The translations under genes and the position numbers were made by a program. The notes under the pieces are model-generated. The model was not told the DNA's origin, searched no databases, and saw nothing but the letters and a program-made list of their open reading frames with translations. From Felis catus (taxonomy: Eukaryota), in NCBI RefSeq assembly GCF_018350175.1, contig NC_058373.1, forward strand, positions 104,410,001 to 104,474,000: 64,000 bases of DNA, written 5' to 3'. This document shows, piece after piece, positions 37,174 to 49,355 of this stretch; the stretch's first letter is position 1, and each line of letters opens with the position of its first letter.

Positions 37174-37389
37174 CTTTTTTTTTTTTGATGTTTATTTATG
37201 TGTTTGGAGAGAGGGAAACAGAGAGCAGGGGAGGGGAGGGGCAGAGAGAGAGGGAGAAGAGAATCCCACGCAGGCCCCACACTCAGCATGGAGCCCAACT
37301 CGGGGTTCAATCCCACGAATGGCAAGATCATGACCTGAGCCAAAATCGAGAGCTGGACACTTAACCAACTAAGCCACACAGGTGACCCT
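37174..37389 (-). mobile_element. Can-SINE (older)
   Basis: Reverse SINE with a decayed TSD. Confidence 0.85.
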
Positions 37390-37879
37390 GAAAAACCCAA
37401 GTTTTAAGGAAAGATGTTAAGGCTGAGGATCCAGGGCGAATGGCGGAGAACTGGCGTTGTCTGCCCTGTGGTCAGGGGAGCAGGGAAGTTGGAGTCGAGA
37501 AGATTAGGATTTAGGAAGATTGGTTTTACATTTGGAGGGACAGGGCCCTAGGAAACAGTGCCACGAAGTCAGGTCCAGAGCCGAGGGAGTGGCTGGCACA
37601 AAGATACAGTGGGGTTAGAGCATGTACCGGTCTAGAGGTGGGGCTGGAGTTTGGATCCCTTGAAGAGAAGAGGAATCCTTATCTGGGGAGGACTTACAGC
37701 GCTCATTCTTGTCAAATGGTTCGTGATACTTCCAGTTCTAGGGGGCCAGATTTCTTCAAAGTATATTCCTATTCGAAACACTTTTGTCTTCAGGAACTTT
37801 ATCTTCATGGTTCTCATGATTAATGTGATTCTTACCTGCTTTTGGTTACTTACAACAATAGTAACTAGCGTGCAACAAG

Positions 37880-38080
37880 CTCTAACTCTACGGTAGACAT
37901 TCTATACAATTTCTTAAATACATTATCTCATTTAATTCTCGCAGCAACACTATGATGGCAGTCCCGTTATTATTCCATTTTACCAAAGAGGAAATGGAAG
38001 CTTGCAGAGGCCAAGTCGCTCACCCAGAGTCGCATGGCATGTATTAATGTATTAACCAGGATATGAATTCCAGCATAGAA
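37880..38080. mobile_element. MIR
   Basis: cattatctcatttaattctc...attattccattttaccaaagaggaaatggaagc MIR core. Confidence 0.7.
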
Positions 38081-38479
38081 TCCTAGCTCCGTCTTTTATT
38101 GTGTAGTAAATTATAAAGTCCTGCAGGGTCATGATCATACTCTGCTGTTTTTGGCCCCCACCCTCTAAACATTCAGTGCAGAACCTGTAACAGGTCCTTG
38201 TAAGCATTTATTGAAAGAATGGATAACTTCCCTGTACCCCTCCCTTCTGCCCCAGGCTCTGTGGAAAAGCACTCTGGGTGTGTAATTAGTTCTAGATCTT
38301 CAGAATAGTGTAAGGAAAAAAGTCCTTACATTCTCATTAGGCTCCTAATGAAGCTTTATTATAGGCACAAAGAAGAACAGCAGTGACCATTTTGGATTTT
38401 GTAGCCGTTGATATGGAATTGCCTTTACTGTAACGTACAAGCCCCTCCATTTGAAGACGATCTTGGATGCAGAAGCTGC

Positions 38480-38723
38480 TTTTTTTTTTTTTTATTATTT
38501 TTTTTAAATTTTTTTTTCAACGTTTATTTATTTTTGGGACAGAGAGAGACAGAGCATGAACGGGGGGGAGGGGCAGAGAGAGAGGGAGACACAGAATCGG
38601 AAGCAGGCTCCAGGCTCTGAGCCATCAGCCCAGAGCCCGACGCGGGGCTCGAACTCACGGACCGAGAGATCGTGACCTGAGCTGAAGTCGGACGCTTAAC
38701 CGACCGCGCCACCCAGGCGCCCC
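38480..38723 (-). mobile_element. Young SINEC_Fc
   Basis: TSD cagaagctgctttt. Confidence 0.95.
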
Positions 38724-38893
38724 AGAAGCTGCTTTTCAAAAGCCAAAACGTGTGTTGGGTGCAAATGTGGTATGAGGACTGTGGCATGCCTGCTACCCTG
38801 AAAGCTGAGGGACAACTCCCCTTCCTGTGGTCGGTCTGTGCTGCATCTATCCCAGCTGTGCAGGTGGAGATCTCCTCGCTTAGAAGGTGAAGG

Positions 38894-38926
<33 letters not shown>

Positions 38927-38934
<8 letters not shown>

Positions 38935-39132
38935 TGGGTGGCTCAGTTGGTTAAGCGTCCGACTTTAGCTCAGGTCGTGATCTCACTGTTCATGGGTTCA
39001 AGACCTGCTCCTGGCTCTGTGCTGACAGCTCAGAGCCTGGAGCCTGCTTCAGATTCTGTGTCTTCCTCTCTCTCTGCCCCTCCTCGACTTGCGTTCTGTC
39101 TCTCAAAAATAAGTAAAAATGTTAAAAAAAAA
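38927..39132 (+). mobile_element. Can-SINE preceded by a G36 run
   Basis: SINE head fused to poly-G at 38895-38930. Confidence 0.9.
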
Positions 39133-39599
39133 ATTTTTTTTTTTAAAGAAATCATTTGTGTCATGACTATAAAAACTGAGTAAAAAAATCTCCATATAAC
39201 CAGAAGGACTGTTGAGCGGTGACTCATGCTCCCTGTGTGTTAAGCAATCCTTGACTCAGTCCACCTCCGGGAGAACGAAAGAGCTTGAAATGGGGTTTGA
39301 CTGATGGGGCTTGGGCCCCTGTGCTGCAGAAGTTCTCATTCTGAGTCATTTGGGCCCTGACTTCCTCTGCTGCTGAGCAGCTGTTTTTCTGTTTTGTGTT
39401 GTTTTTCCTTTTTCCTTCTTTTCCAGGGTAGCTCAGAACAAGGTGACCAGTGCAGCATAGTGAAAGCGATGCACCTGGCCACCGAGAAGCCTGAGTTATG
39501 GCGTGGGCTCCTTCTCTAGCTAGCAATACTTGTTCCTACTTTGTTGATTCCTCCCCACATGCGAGGCATTGTATCGGGCACTTTAAGTGACCTAATGTA

Positions 39600-39845
39600 G
39601 AGGCAGTAGACTGAGTAGTTAAGAGCTTGGACTCAGGAGCCCACTGCCTGCTTTGAATGCTGCTCCCGTCACGTTTTAGCTGTGTAACTTAACATTTCTC
39701 GAAGCCTCAGTTCTGTGCCGTAAAAGGGGAACAATAATAGTTCCTACCCGACAGGGTTATTGTGAAAATTAAGTAAGTTAGTCTGTGTGGGGCACTGCAA
39801 GAGGGTCTGGCATGGTAGATGTTTATAAATGTTAAGTAATAACAG
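39600..39845. mobile_element. MIR
   Basis: gtagttaagagcttggactcaggagcc...gcctcagtt...acagggttattgtgaaaattaag. Confidence 0.75.
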
Positions 39846-40431
39846 TAATAATAATAATAATAATAATAGTAATAATAAATAGAAATAAAGCCTCACCACT
39901 CTATGAAGTAGACAACTTTTGCTTTTATTTCAAAGATGAGGCAGTAGCGGCTCAAAGCAGTTCCCAAGCTACTAAGAGATGGAGTCTGGATTCCGGACCA
40001 TGATCTTAACCCACAACACCTCCCTAGGCCTCAGTTTCCTCAACTGTAAAGTAAGGGGGCAGGGTGGGCTCCGAGTTTCCTTGGGACTCTTAACACTCTA
40101 CAGGCCCACTGTGCTCTCCTCAGTTTCTCTTTTGAAGGGCTTTCTCCCTCTCCACTTCGAGTATATGCCCAGATCTGCCTACGTCTAAGAATTCTGCACT
40201 GGGCCTTTCAGTCTGTGACAGCTCCAACATGCCTCTCTTACCCGTAAGGCCCAGGTTAGAAACGGTGGAGACCACGCCCACTAACCTCTGCAGGCTTCTC
40301 ATCCTGCTGCTCAGCTGCTGGGGCTCTCCTGAAGGTCAGACATGGCTCCCTTCTATCCAAAGCCATCCGCCTTTTCTTAGTTCTTCCTGACTCAGCATCT
40401 TTGCGGTATGTGACACGTCAAAATGTAATGA

Positions 40432-40656
40432 TTTTTTTTTTTTTTAATTTTTAATGTTTATTTCTGAGAGAGAGAGAGAGAGAGAAACAGTGTGAGCGGG
40501 AAAGGGGCAGAGGGACGGAGATACAGAATCCAAAGGAGGCTCCAGGCTCTGAGCTGTCAGCACAGAGCCTGACTCAGGGTTTGAACCCACGAACCGTGAG
40601 ATCATAACCTGAGCTGAAGTCAGACACTTAACTGACTGAGCCACCCAGGTGCCCCC
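40432..40656 (-). mobile_element. Can-SINE
   Basis: TSD aaatgtaatgat. Confidence 0.9.
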
Positions 40657-40789
40657 GAAATGTAATGATCTTTAATCATGGCCAGGTTCTACCCTGCCAG
40701 AACCCTCTACATTTGGCAGGTCTCTTTCTCCCTCTTACTCTCTCTCAGACACATAAATAGTTTCAAGTAATTCATAACATTGTGCCGCT

Positions 40790-41065
40790 TTTTATCCCCC
40801 CAACTCAACCTTCTGTGTTGGAGATCTTCCCATGTCAATCACTAAGACCATCTTCTTTATTTTTTATTGCTATGCATTATTTCAGTATGGATGCACATAA
40901 TTATTCCCTTATTGATGGACACCGAGGTTGTTTTCAATTCTTTGGTTGCAAACAATGTTTCAATGAGCATCCTTGAATATGCTTCTTTGGACATATTCAG
41001 TGTTTTTCCAGAGTAAATTTGACAAGACAGACTTGCTGGGTTATAGGACACTGCATTTTAATAGA
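40790..41065 (-). mobile_element. Old L1 fragment
   Basis: attgatggacaccgaggttgttttcaattc motif from the end of ORF2. Confidence 0.6.
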
Positions 41066-41775
41066 TTAGTTTTCTTTATTTTAGCTGCCACCTTTTAGCT
41101 CAGCCCAGCTCAAATCCAGGATTACGGCAGTTCCTAGTAGGGAGTCTCTTAGGCGATCCTATAGCAGCCTGTGATTCACCCTAAGCTGATTTTGCTGCTG
41201 ACCAGGGGAATTCATTATCAGAGCTTTGGCTTTGTGTGTGTTTCGTTCCCTGTCTCAGTGGCTTGTCGTGATTTCCCCCATATCTGGGTCCCTGAACCCT
41301 GAACCTACATCCCTGAGACATCCAATACCTACCTGTTAGAATCGCCACCATTTACTGCTCTTATAGCCTCCCCCAACACACAGCCTAGGTGAACTCACCA
41401 GCACTTGGCCTCTGCTCTGACCTCGACTTGTAGGATTCTGATCTCACCTGTCCTTTTCCCTTAGTGTATTGGTATCACAGTCTCTACTAGAGTCCATATT
41501 CCTCAGCTCTAGTTGTGCTATTAATACCCTAAAATGACCCTTTTGGGGGCCTTCTGCTCTATCCTAAAGTTCTGTCTGGACTCAGCCACTTTCTAGCCTG
41601 GTGGTTGTCCAAGTCTACATACTGTTATTATCAGGTTTCACAGTATCACACAATACTGGTTATCTTCCATTTGTAACCATAACTCTGGGTTTTTTTCTTC
41701 AGTAAAAACTTCCTTTTTTCTTTTCCCTACTCTTTAATATTCTTCAAGCTTGGGTCTTTGTCCTCATATCCTTTC

Positions 41776-42003
41776 TTTTTTTTTTTTTAATTTTTTTTTT
41801 CAACGTTTATTTATTTTTGGGACAGAGAGAGACAGAGCATGAACGGGGGAGGGGCAGAGAGAGAGGGAGACACAGAATCGGAAACAGGCTCCAGGCTCCG
41901 AGCCATCAGCCCAGAGCCTGACGCGGGGCTCGAACTCACGGACCACGAGATCGTGACCTGGCTGAAGTTGGACGCTTAACCGACTGCGCCACCCAGGCGC
42001 CCC
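41776..42003 (-). mobile_element. Young SINEC_Fc
   Basis: TSD tgtcctcatatcctttct. Confidence 0.95.
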
Positions 42004-43342
42004 ATGTCCTCATATCCTTTCTAAACACTTACTTCTTCAATATTTTCCTACTTTCACTTACCTTAATAGACGTAAATACGGTTTATTCTCAAACGTACAT
42101 ATCCAGCCTTCACCCTTCCCCATGTTCTATTACCGCATTTCCAATTGTCTACATAACACATCCATTTGGATGTTTCCCATCACTTCAATTTCAATATGTC
42201 TAAACCCAACAGAACCATCTGTTCCCAGCCTCACCCCATCTGTTCCCTTTCCAGTTTTCCCTGGTTCTGCGAATGACATCACATTTTCCTGATCACCCAG
42301 ACTAGAAATCTTGGAATTATATCTGACTTATTTCTTTTCTCACCTCTTATATACAATCCATCAATCACCCTGCTGAAATTTTCTCCTTTGAAAATAACTT
42401 TGTGAGTGACTTTTGGTTGAAAGGGGGATTGTGTATATGCATTTTTCTCTGTTCCTTTCTGAAGTATAACTAAAATGGCAGTAAAGTTATGTTTTTAAAG
42501 GCAAAACCCCATGCAAGACAGGAAGAGGAGAAACCCATAAGTTGGAGAGTACATGGATGAATAATTTATTTAGCACACCCCCAAAAAGCTAAACTATAAG
42601 CCAAGAGCAGAAAAGATCCTAGGAGCATCCCAATTTTTACATCTCTGAGCAACTCAATGGCTTTGAAATTTGGAGATTCTTAGGTATATCAAGAAGTGGG
42701 GATGAAGGCAGGGCTGAAGAGATGGATAACTTGAAAGCCTTTTTTCAGACAGTTAGAACCCTAGTTGCCCTTCCCTAATGCTCCCCACCCCACAAAAAGA
42801 CTAGAGATTTACCCTCTGGAACAATAGGTTTCTGACCTAGGGACACCAGTAACTATTACAGATTGGTGCTGTACCAAAAACAAGGTGATCAATGAAAAGT
42901 TTATGTACTGGGTGCTGAGACTTTTCATTCACTTCCCCTGCTAGTCCTCAGAGCTCAAGCCTCTCTGAGGTAGGAAATGGAAGGTATCTCTCTGGGGACT
43001 CTGGCTAGATCAAGAGAAAAAAAACCCTAGAGATACTGACACCAGAGAGGCCATAGTGACATGGCCTGGCCAAATCATCTTCCAGAAAAGCCTGCAATCA
43101 ATAAACACATGTAATCAATTTTTAGTGCCCCACTTTTAAATACGGACAGAGAAGGATTGCCAGACATTTCTGGAAAGCCTTTAATATGAAAGGTGGAAGA
43201 TAAAACAAACAAAAAATAAAGTGGAGGAAACAGAGAACATGCAGGGAGAAGAAAACTGGAGTGAAAAAACAACCTTCTATTAATATTTTCAAAGATTTAG
43301 GAGAATATTTTGCATCCATGAATAAGACTACAGATGCTATGT

Positions 43343-43527
43343 AGGAGGAGGAGGAGAAGGAGAAGGAGAAGGAGAAGGAGAAGAAGAAGAAGAAGAAGAA
43401 GAAGAAGAGGAGGAGGAGGAGGAGGAGGAGGGGGAAGAGGAAGAAGAAGAAGGAGGGGAGGGGGAAAGGGAATGGGAGGAGGAAGAGGGAGGGAGGGAGG
43501 AGGAGGAGGCAGAAAGAAAAAGAAAAC
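43343..43527. repeat. Polypurine (GGA/GAA)n mosaic tract
   Basis: Direct observation. Confidence 0.95.
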
Positions 43528-43580
43528 ATTCAGAAAACAAAAAAGAGTTCTTGGAAATTAAAAATGTCATAGGAGAAAAA

Positions 43581-43741
43581 TTTTTTAATTAATTTATTAG
43601 AGAAAGAGGGGGTATGGGAGGGGCATGCTGACCATGGGACCCAATGCAGGGATTGATCCCATGACCCTGGGATCATGACCTGAGCTGAAATCAAGAGTTG
43701 GAAATTCAACTGACTGAGCCACCCAGGTGGGGCTATGCCCC
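43581..43741 (-). mobile_element. Old Can-SINE
   Basis: gatcatgacctgagctgaaatcaagag...ctgagccacccagg. Confidence 0.75.
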
Positions 43742-44098
43742 ATGTCATAGGTGAAATTTTCTAAAACTCCATAGAAATCTTGAGAAATTAGTTGAAATTT
43801 CTACAAAAAAAAAATAAAGGAAAAAGATAAAGAGAAGGAAAACAGGGAGAACAACAGCAGCAGCGACAACAGAAGACATTTCAAAGAGAGAAAGAGAGAA
43901 CAGCAAAAACGGGAGGAAGTTATCAAAGACATGATTTATGAAAACCTCCCGCAACTGAAGGACATGAGTTACCGGACGGAAAGCGTCCCCTGCATGCCCT
44001 AGCACAATGGATGAAGGCGCTAAGTCGTCACTGTGAACTTTCAGAGCACCTGGGGCCAAGAAAAGATCCTAAAAGCTTCCAGAGAGAAAACTCAAGTG

Positions 44099-44319
44099 TT
44101 TTTTTAAAAATGTTTATTTATTTTTGAGAGAGAGAGAGAGAGAGAGACAGTGTGAGCAGGGGAAGGGCAGAGAGAGAGAGAGGGAGACACAGAATCCGAA
44201 GCAGGCTCCAGGCTCTGAGCTGTCAGCACAGAGCCCGAGGCGGCGCTTGAACCCACAAACCATGAGATCATGATCTGAGCCGAAGTTGGACACTCTACTG
44301 ACAGCCACCCAGGCGCCCC
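44099..44319 (-). mobile_element. Can-SINE
   Basis: TSD aactcaagt. Confidence 0.9.
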
Positions 44320-44529
44320 AAGAGAACTCAAGTTTTAAATGAAGATCCAGACTTCTCCATGGGATTGTCAGAATCTAAAAGACAATGAAGCAATGTCTTC
44401 AAATTTCTGAAGGAATAAGATTTCTTCAGTGTTGAATTTTATACTTAAGCAAGCACAATTTAGTAGGAGAGTATGGGAAGAACCTTTTCAGGCATTCCAT
44501 CTCTCAAGAAATTTACCTGTGCACCTTAT

Positions 44530-44765
44530 AGCTAACATTAATCAAGTACTTGTTAAATGCCAAGCACCTTAAGTGCATTATATATAGGTCTCCATCTTCA
44601 TCCTAACCCTGTAAAGTTGGAACTATTATGATCTCCATTCACAGATGAGGGAATGAAGCACACAGAGGTTAAGAACTTGCTCAACAACACACATGAGAAG
44701 TGGTAAGGTTGGCATTTGTACCTAGTCTGACTCCTGGGTCTCTGATTTTGACCACGGTGTTATGT
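44530..44765. mobile_element. MIR
   Basis: ccattcacagatgagggaatgaagcacacagaggttaagaacttgctcaa core. Confidence 0.7.
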
Positions 44766-44904
44766 AGTAAAGGAAACGTTAAATTCTCCCCATTGACTCA
44801 AATCCATGAAGTACTTCTTGGCAACAGTTCAGTGTGCATCTTGCCACATTGGTGTCATGTTCATATGAATATATGATATATGTATGTGGGGCTCTTTTCC
44901 TTTT

Positions 44905-46302
44905 ATTTTTCTTCTTCATAGTTTGTTTGTTTTAATTCAAGTTAGTTAACATACAGTGTAGTATTGGTTTCAGGAGTAGAACCAGTGATTCATCTCTTAC
45001 ATATAACACCCAGTGCTCATCCCTAAAAGTACCCTCCTTAATGCCCATCACCCATTTAGCCCATCCCCCCACCTACCTCTCTTCCTGCAACCCTCAGTTT
45101 GTTCTCTATGTTTAAGAGACTTTTCTGGGGGCGCCTGGGTGGCGCAGTCGGTTAAGCGTCCGACTTCAGCCAGGTCATGATCTCGCGGTCCGTGAGTTTG
45201 AGCCCCGCGTCAGGCTCTGGGCTGATGGCTCGGAGCCTGGAGCCTATTTCCGATTCTGTGTCTCCCTCTCTCTCTGCCCCTCCCCCGTTCATGCTCTGTC
45301 TCTCTCTGTCCCAAAAAATAAATAAGCGTTGAAAAAAAAATTAAAAAAAAAAAAAAAGAGACTTTTCTGGTTTGCCTCCCTCTCTCTTTTTATCTTATTT
45401 TTCCTTCCCTCCCCCTATGTTCATCTGTTGTGTTTCTTAAATTCCACATGTGAGTGAAATCATGCGATATCTGACTTATTTTGCTTAGCATAATACTCTC
45501 TAGTTCCACCCACATTGTTGTAAAGGGTGAGATTTCATTCTTTTTGATTGCCGTGTAATATTCCATTGTATATTTTTACCACATCTTCTTTATCCATTCA
45601 TCAGTCATGGATATTTGGGCTCTTTCCCAACAATTTGGCTATTGTTGACAGCACTGCTATAAACACTGGGGTGCATTTGTCCCTTCAAATCAGCATTTTT
45701 GTATCTTTTGCATAAACACCAAGTAGCGGAATTGTTTTGACCTCGGCCACAACAACTTCTTACTTGACATGTCTCCATAGGCAAGGGAAATAAAACAAAA
45801 ATGAACTACTGGGACCTCATCAAGATAAAAAAAAAAAGCTTCTACACAGCAAAGGAAATAATCAACAAAACTAAAAGGCAACTGAGGGAACGGGAGAAGA
45901 TATTTGCAAATGACATATCAGAAAAAGGGTTAGTATCCAAAATCTATAAGGAACTTACCAAATTCAACACCCAGAAAACAAATAATCCAGTGAAGAAATG
46001 GGCAGAACACATGAACAGACACTTCTCCAAAGAAGACATCCAGATGCTAGCACACCCATGAAAAGATGCTCAACATCACTTATCAGGGAAATACAAATCA
46101 AAACACAATGAGATATCACCTCACACCTGTCAGAATGGCTAACATTAACAACTCAGGCAACGACAGATATTGGAGAGGATGTGGAGAAAGAGGAACCATT
46201 TAGCACTGTTGTGGGAGTGCAAACTGGTGCAGCCACCCTGGAAAACAGTATGGTGGTTCCTCAAAAATTAAAAATAGAACTACCCTACGACCCAGAAATT
46301 GC
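44905..46302 (-). mobile_element. Carnivore L1 with 5' inversion (3' part minus to about 45734; inverted part plus, about 45735-46302)
   Basis: Strand switch inside ORF2; TSD gctcttttcctttt at 44891 and 46301. Confidence 0.9.
45127..45357 (+). mobile_element. Young SINEC_Fc nested in the L1 3' UTR
   Basis: TSD aagagacttttctgg. Confidence 0.95.
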
Positions 46303-46310
46303 TCTTTTCC

Positions 46311-46544
46311 TTTTTATTTTATTTTTTTTAATTTTTTTTAACGTTTTTATTTATTTTTGAGACAGAGAGAGACAGAGCATGAACGGGGGAGGGGCAGAGA
46401 GAGAGGGAGACACAGAATCGGAAGCAGGTTCCAGGCTCTGAGCCATCAGCCCAGAGCCTGACGCGGGGCTCGAACTCACGGACTGCAAGATCGTGACCCG
46501 AGCTGAAGTCGGACGCTTAACCGACTGCGCCACCCTGGCGCCCC
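46311..46544 (-). mobile_element. Young SINEC_Fc
   Basis: TSD ctcttttccttttt. Confidence 0.95.
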
Positions 46545-47903
46545 TCTTTTCCTTTTTAAAAAAAGAATTGAAGCATACTGAATATTTTCATTTATTTCAG
46601 TTATCATTTATCAAACACACATTTTGTGCTTGGCACTGTGCTGGGTATTGGGATGAAATAAATAAGAAAGAGTTCCTGCTTATCAGGAGCTTCTAGATTA
46701 ATAAATTGACTATCTTGGCTTATTGAGAGTTATTATCATAAAACACTGAGTTTTTATTTTTCAAATAATTGGAGTACAATAAATATATTCAATGTTAAAT
46801 TATATCAAATTTAAATTTTTCTTTAATTCAGACACCATTTTACACCCTTGAAATACCTTTGCTTTTTTAGTATGAACATCAGATATCCTTAAATAATACA
46901 GCCAAAAATTCTGTTATTTGAATTTTCAGGTTTTTGGATTCTGGGGAAGTAAGTCTACAGTATGCATGCATTTAATCAGCCTGTCTGTCAGCCCTCTTGT
47001 CTCAAATGCCATCCTCCCCATGGCCGCACACTGTGCTGATTTAATATCATTTCCTTGGCCATGGGCCAGATCCCATGTGAGGTTTGTTTTTTTTTTCTTT
47101 AAAGCTCTAGATAATGCTGTCTAGGTTGTTGGTATGTCTAGTTCTTGGACTGGTGACAAACTTTATGGCCTATTTAGCAGAGATTTTGCTTCATCACGTC
47201 ACCCCCGAAAGGATAAAACAGTAATAACTAAAAAATAAAGCCTGTTTGCTCAAAGACAAACTGTTGGCTCAGGATGCTGCTTGTTTGTGGAGTATAGCAA
47301 AGAAAAAGTAGGGAGTTTTTGCATTGATTTGTCTTGAGAACTGCTAAGTGTTTTCTTGTATGTGTTGGTGAAGCTGGGTTAGAGACAGAGCTAGTTTTGC
47401 TGGAAGGTGAAGACTGTCTGTTTGGAATTACTTGTCTTGAAGGTAACTGGCCACCTTTAAATCTGGGTACACTTCCTCATTTGTAATCTTCATCCTGCAT
47501 AGCTTTCCTACAGCCCTTTGTGTGATAAAGGGAGAAAAATTATCGATGTTAAACTGTAGGAGGAAGTGAGAGATCAGTCTCCAGGTTTTTATCTGTAGAA
47601 TATAGTATTCCATTGCAGGTGGTAGTGGCCTGTTTGAGGTCAGGGAATATATCACATCCCCCAAACAAGAGTTGAAATATGATCTCTTCATTGTGACTGA
47701 TGTTCTAGCATCTGGGAGCCTGCTTACTGGCAGTAATCCAGTTCCAGAGGCTGCTGCTGAACAACTGTGATTGCCATCCGCAAATGATTTGTGAAGAGGA
47801 GTGTCTGAGGAGGGGGGAATCACAGAAATTTATTTTGCTTTTTTTTTCTCTGACCAACTTTATTGAAGTTTAGTTGACAAACAATGAAATGTATACATTA
47901 AAA

Positions 47904-47929
47904 TTTTTTATTTTAAAGTTTATTCATTT

Positions 47930-47987
<58 letters not shown>

Positions 47988-48139
47988 CGCGCGCAGGAGG
48001 GGCAGAAGGAGAGAGAGAATCCCAAGCAGGCTCTGCACTGTGTGAAGGGCAACACAGGGCTCTAACCCACAAATCGTGAGATCATGACCCCGAGCCGAAA
48101 TCCAGTTGGACTCAACTGACTGAGCCACCCAGGTGCCCC
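47904..48139 (-). mobile_element. Can-SINE with expanded (AG)n(GC)n
   Basis: TSD tgaaatg(t/c)atacatt. Confidence 0.9.
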
Positions 48140-49100
48140 TGAAATGCATACATTTTAAGTGTGTATTTCAATAAGGTTAGACAAATGTATACACCTGTGT
48201 AACTTTCACTTCCATTGATATGCAGAATATTTCCCTCTTCCCCAGTCTCAGGCAACTGCCAATCTGCTTTTGTGGCTGCAGATTAGATCTGTAATTTCTA
48301 GAATTTCATGTAAATGGAATGACATGGTGTGCCCGCCTTTGTGTTCGTCTTCTAATAGCCGAGCATTAATGATTTTGAGATTCATCCATGTTGTTACATG
48401 TACGTGCAGTTTATTCCTTTTTGATGTTAAGTCATATTCCATTGTATGAATATACCACACTTCATTTAGCCATTTACCTTTTGATGGCATTGTTTTGAGT
48501 TCTTTCCAATCATTGGCTATTAAGACAAGAGCTGCTATAAACATTTGCGTACAGGTCTTCGTGCGGACCCAGGTTTCATCTCTCTTGGGGAAATGTGTAA
48601 AAGTAGAATTGCTGAGTCACATGTTGAGTGTATATTTAATTTTTTAAGAAGCTGCCAACTGGTCTCTCAAAGTGGTTTTACTATTTTACATTCCTGCCGA
48701 CAATATATGAGAGTTCTAGCTGTTCTGTGTCCTTGCCAACATTTGGTATTTTCAGCCATTTAAATTGTAGTCATTCTAGTGGGTGTGTAGTGCTATCTCA
48801 TTGTAATTTTAATTTGGATTTCCATTTGCTTACTTTACATCCATCTATCTTCTTTGGTGAAATATCTGTCTCAAATCTTTTGCCCATTTAAAATCTTTAT
48901 TGTTGCCCATTAAAATTTATTTTGGTCTTCTTATTCTTGAGTTTGAAGTGTTCTTTATGTGTTCTGAATAAAGGTGTTTGTTGTTGTTGTTTTTTTAAAT
49001 CAGATATACACCTTTAAAATCGTTTCTCTCAGTCTGGGCTTACCTTTACATTTTCTTAAAAGTATCTTTTGAAAAGCAATGGCTTTTAAACTTTGATGAG

Positions 49101-49144
49101 TTTTTTTTTAATTTTTAAAAATGTTTATTTATGTTTGAGAGAGA

Positions 49145-49191
<47 letters not shown>

Positions 49192-49355
49192 TGCGCACAA
49201 GCGTGGGGAGGGGCAGAGAGAGAGGGGGACAGAGGGTCTGAAGCGACTCTGGGCCGACAGCAGCGAGCTCCATGTGGTGCTCAAACCCCTGCACCGTGAA
49301 ATCATGACCTGAGTTGAAGTTGGTCGCTTAACCGACTGAGCCACCCAGGCGCCCC
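49101..49355 (-). mobile_element. Can-SINE with internal (CA)n
   Basis: TSD taaactttgatgagtt. Confidence 0.9.

Larger units (their letters stand above)
42400..44520 (+). mobile_element. Ancient L1 5'/ORF1 remnant interrupted by a purine tract and two SINEs
   Basis: ORF1-like motifs (gagttcttggaaattaaaaat, agaaaagatcctaaaagcttccagagagaaaa, aagacaatgaagcaatgtcttcaaatttctgaagg). Confidence 0.55.

Noticed and set aside
43122..43570. Poly-R/G, poly-S and poly-F ORFs
   Set aside because: These are translations of a simple purine repeat.
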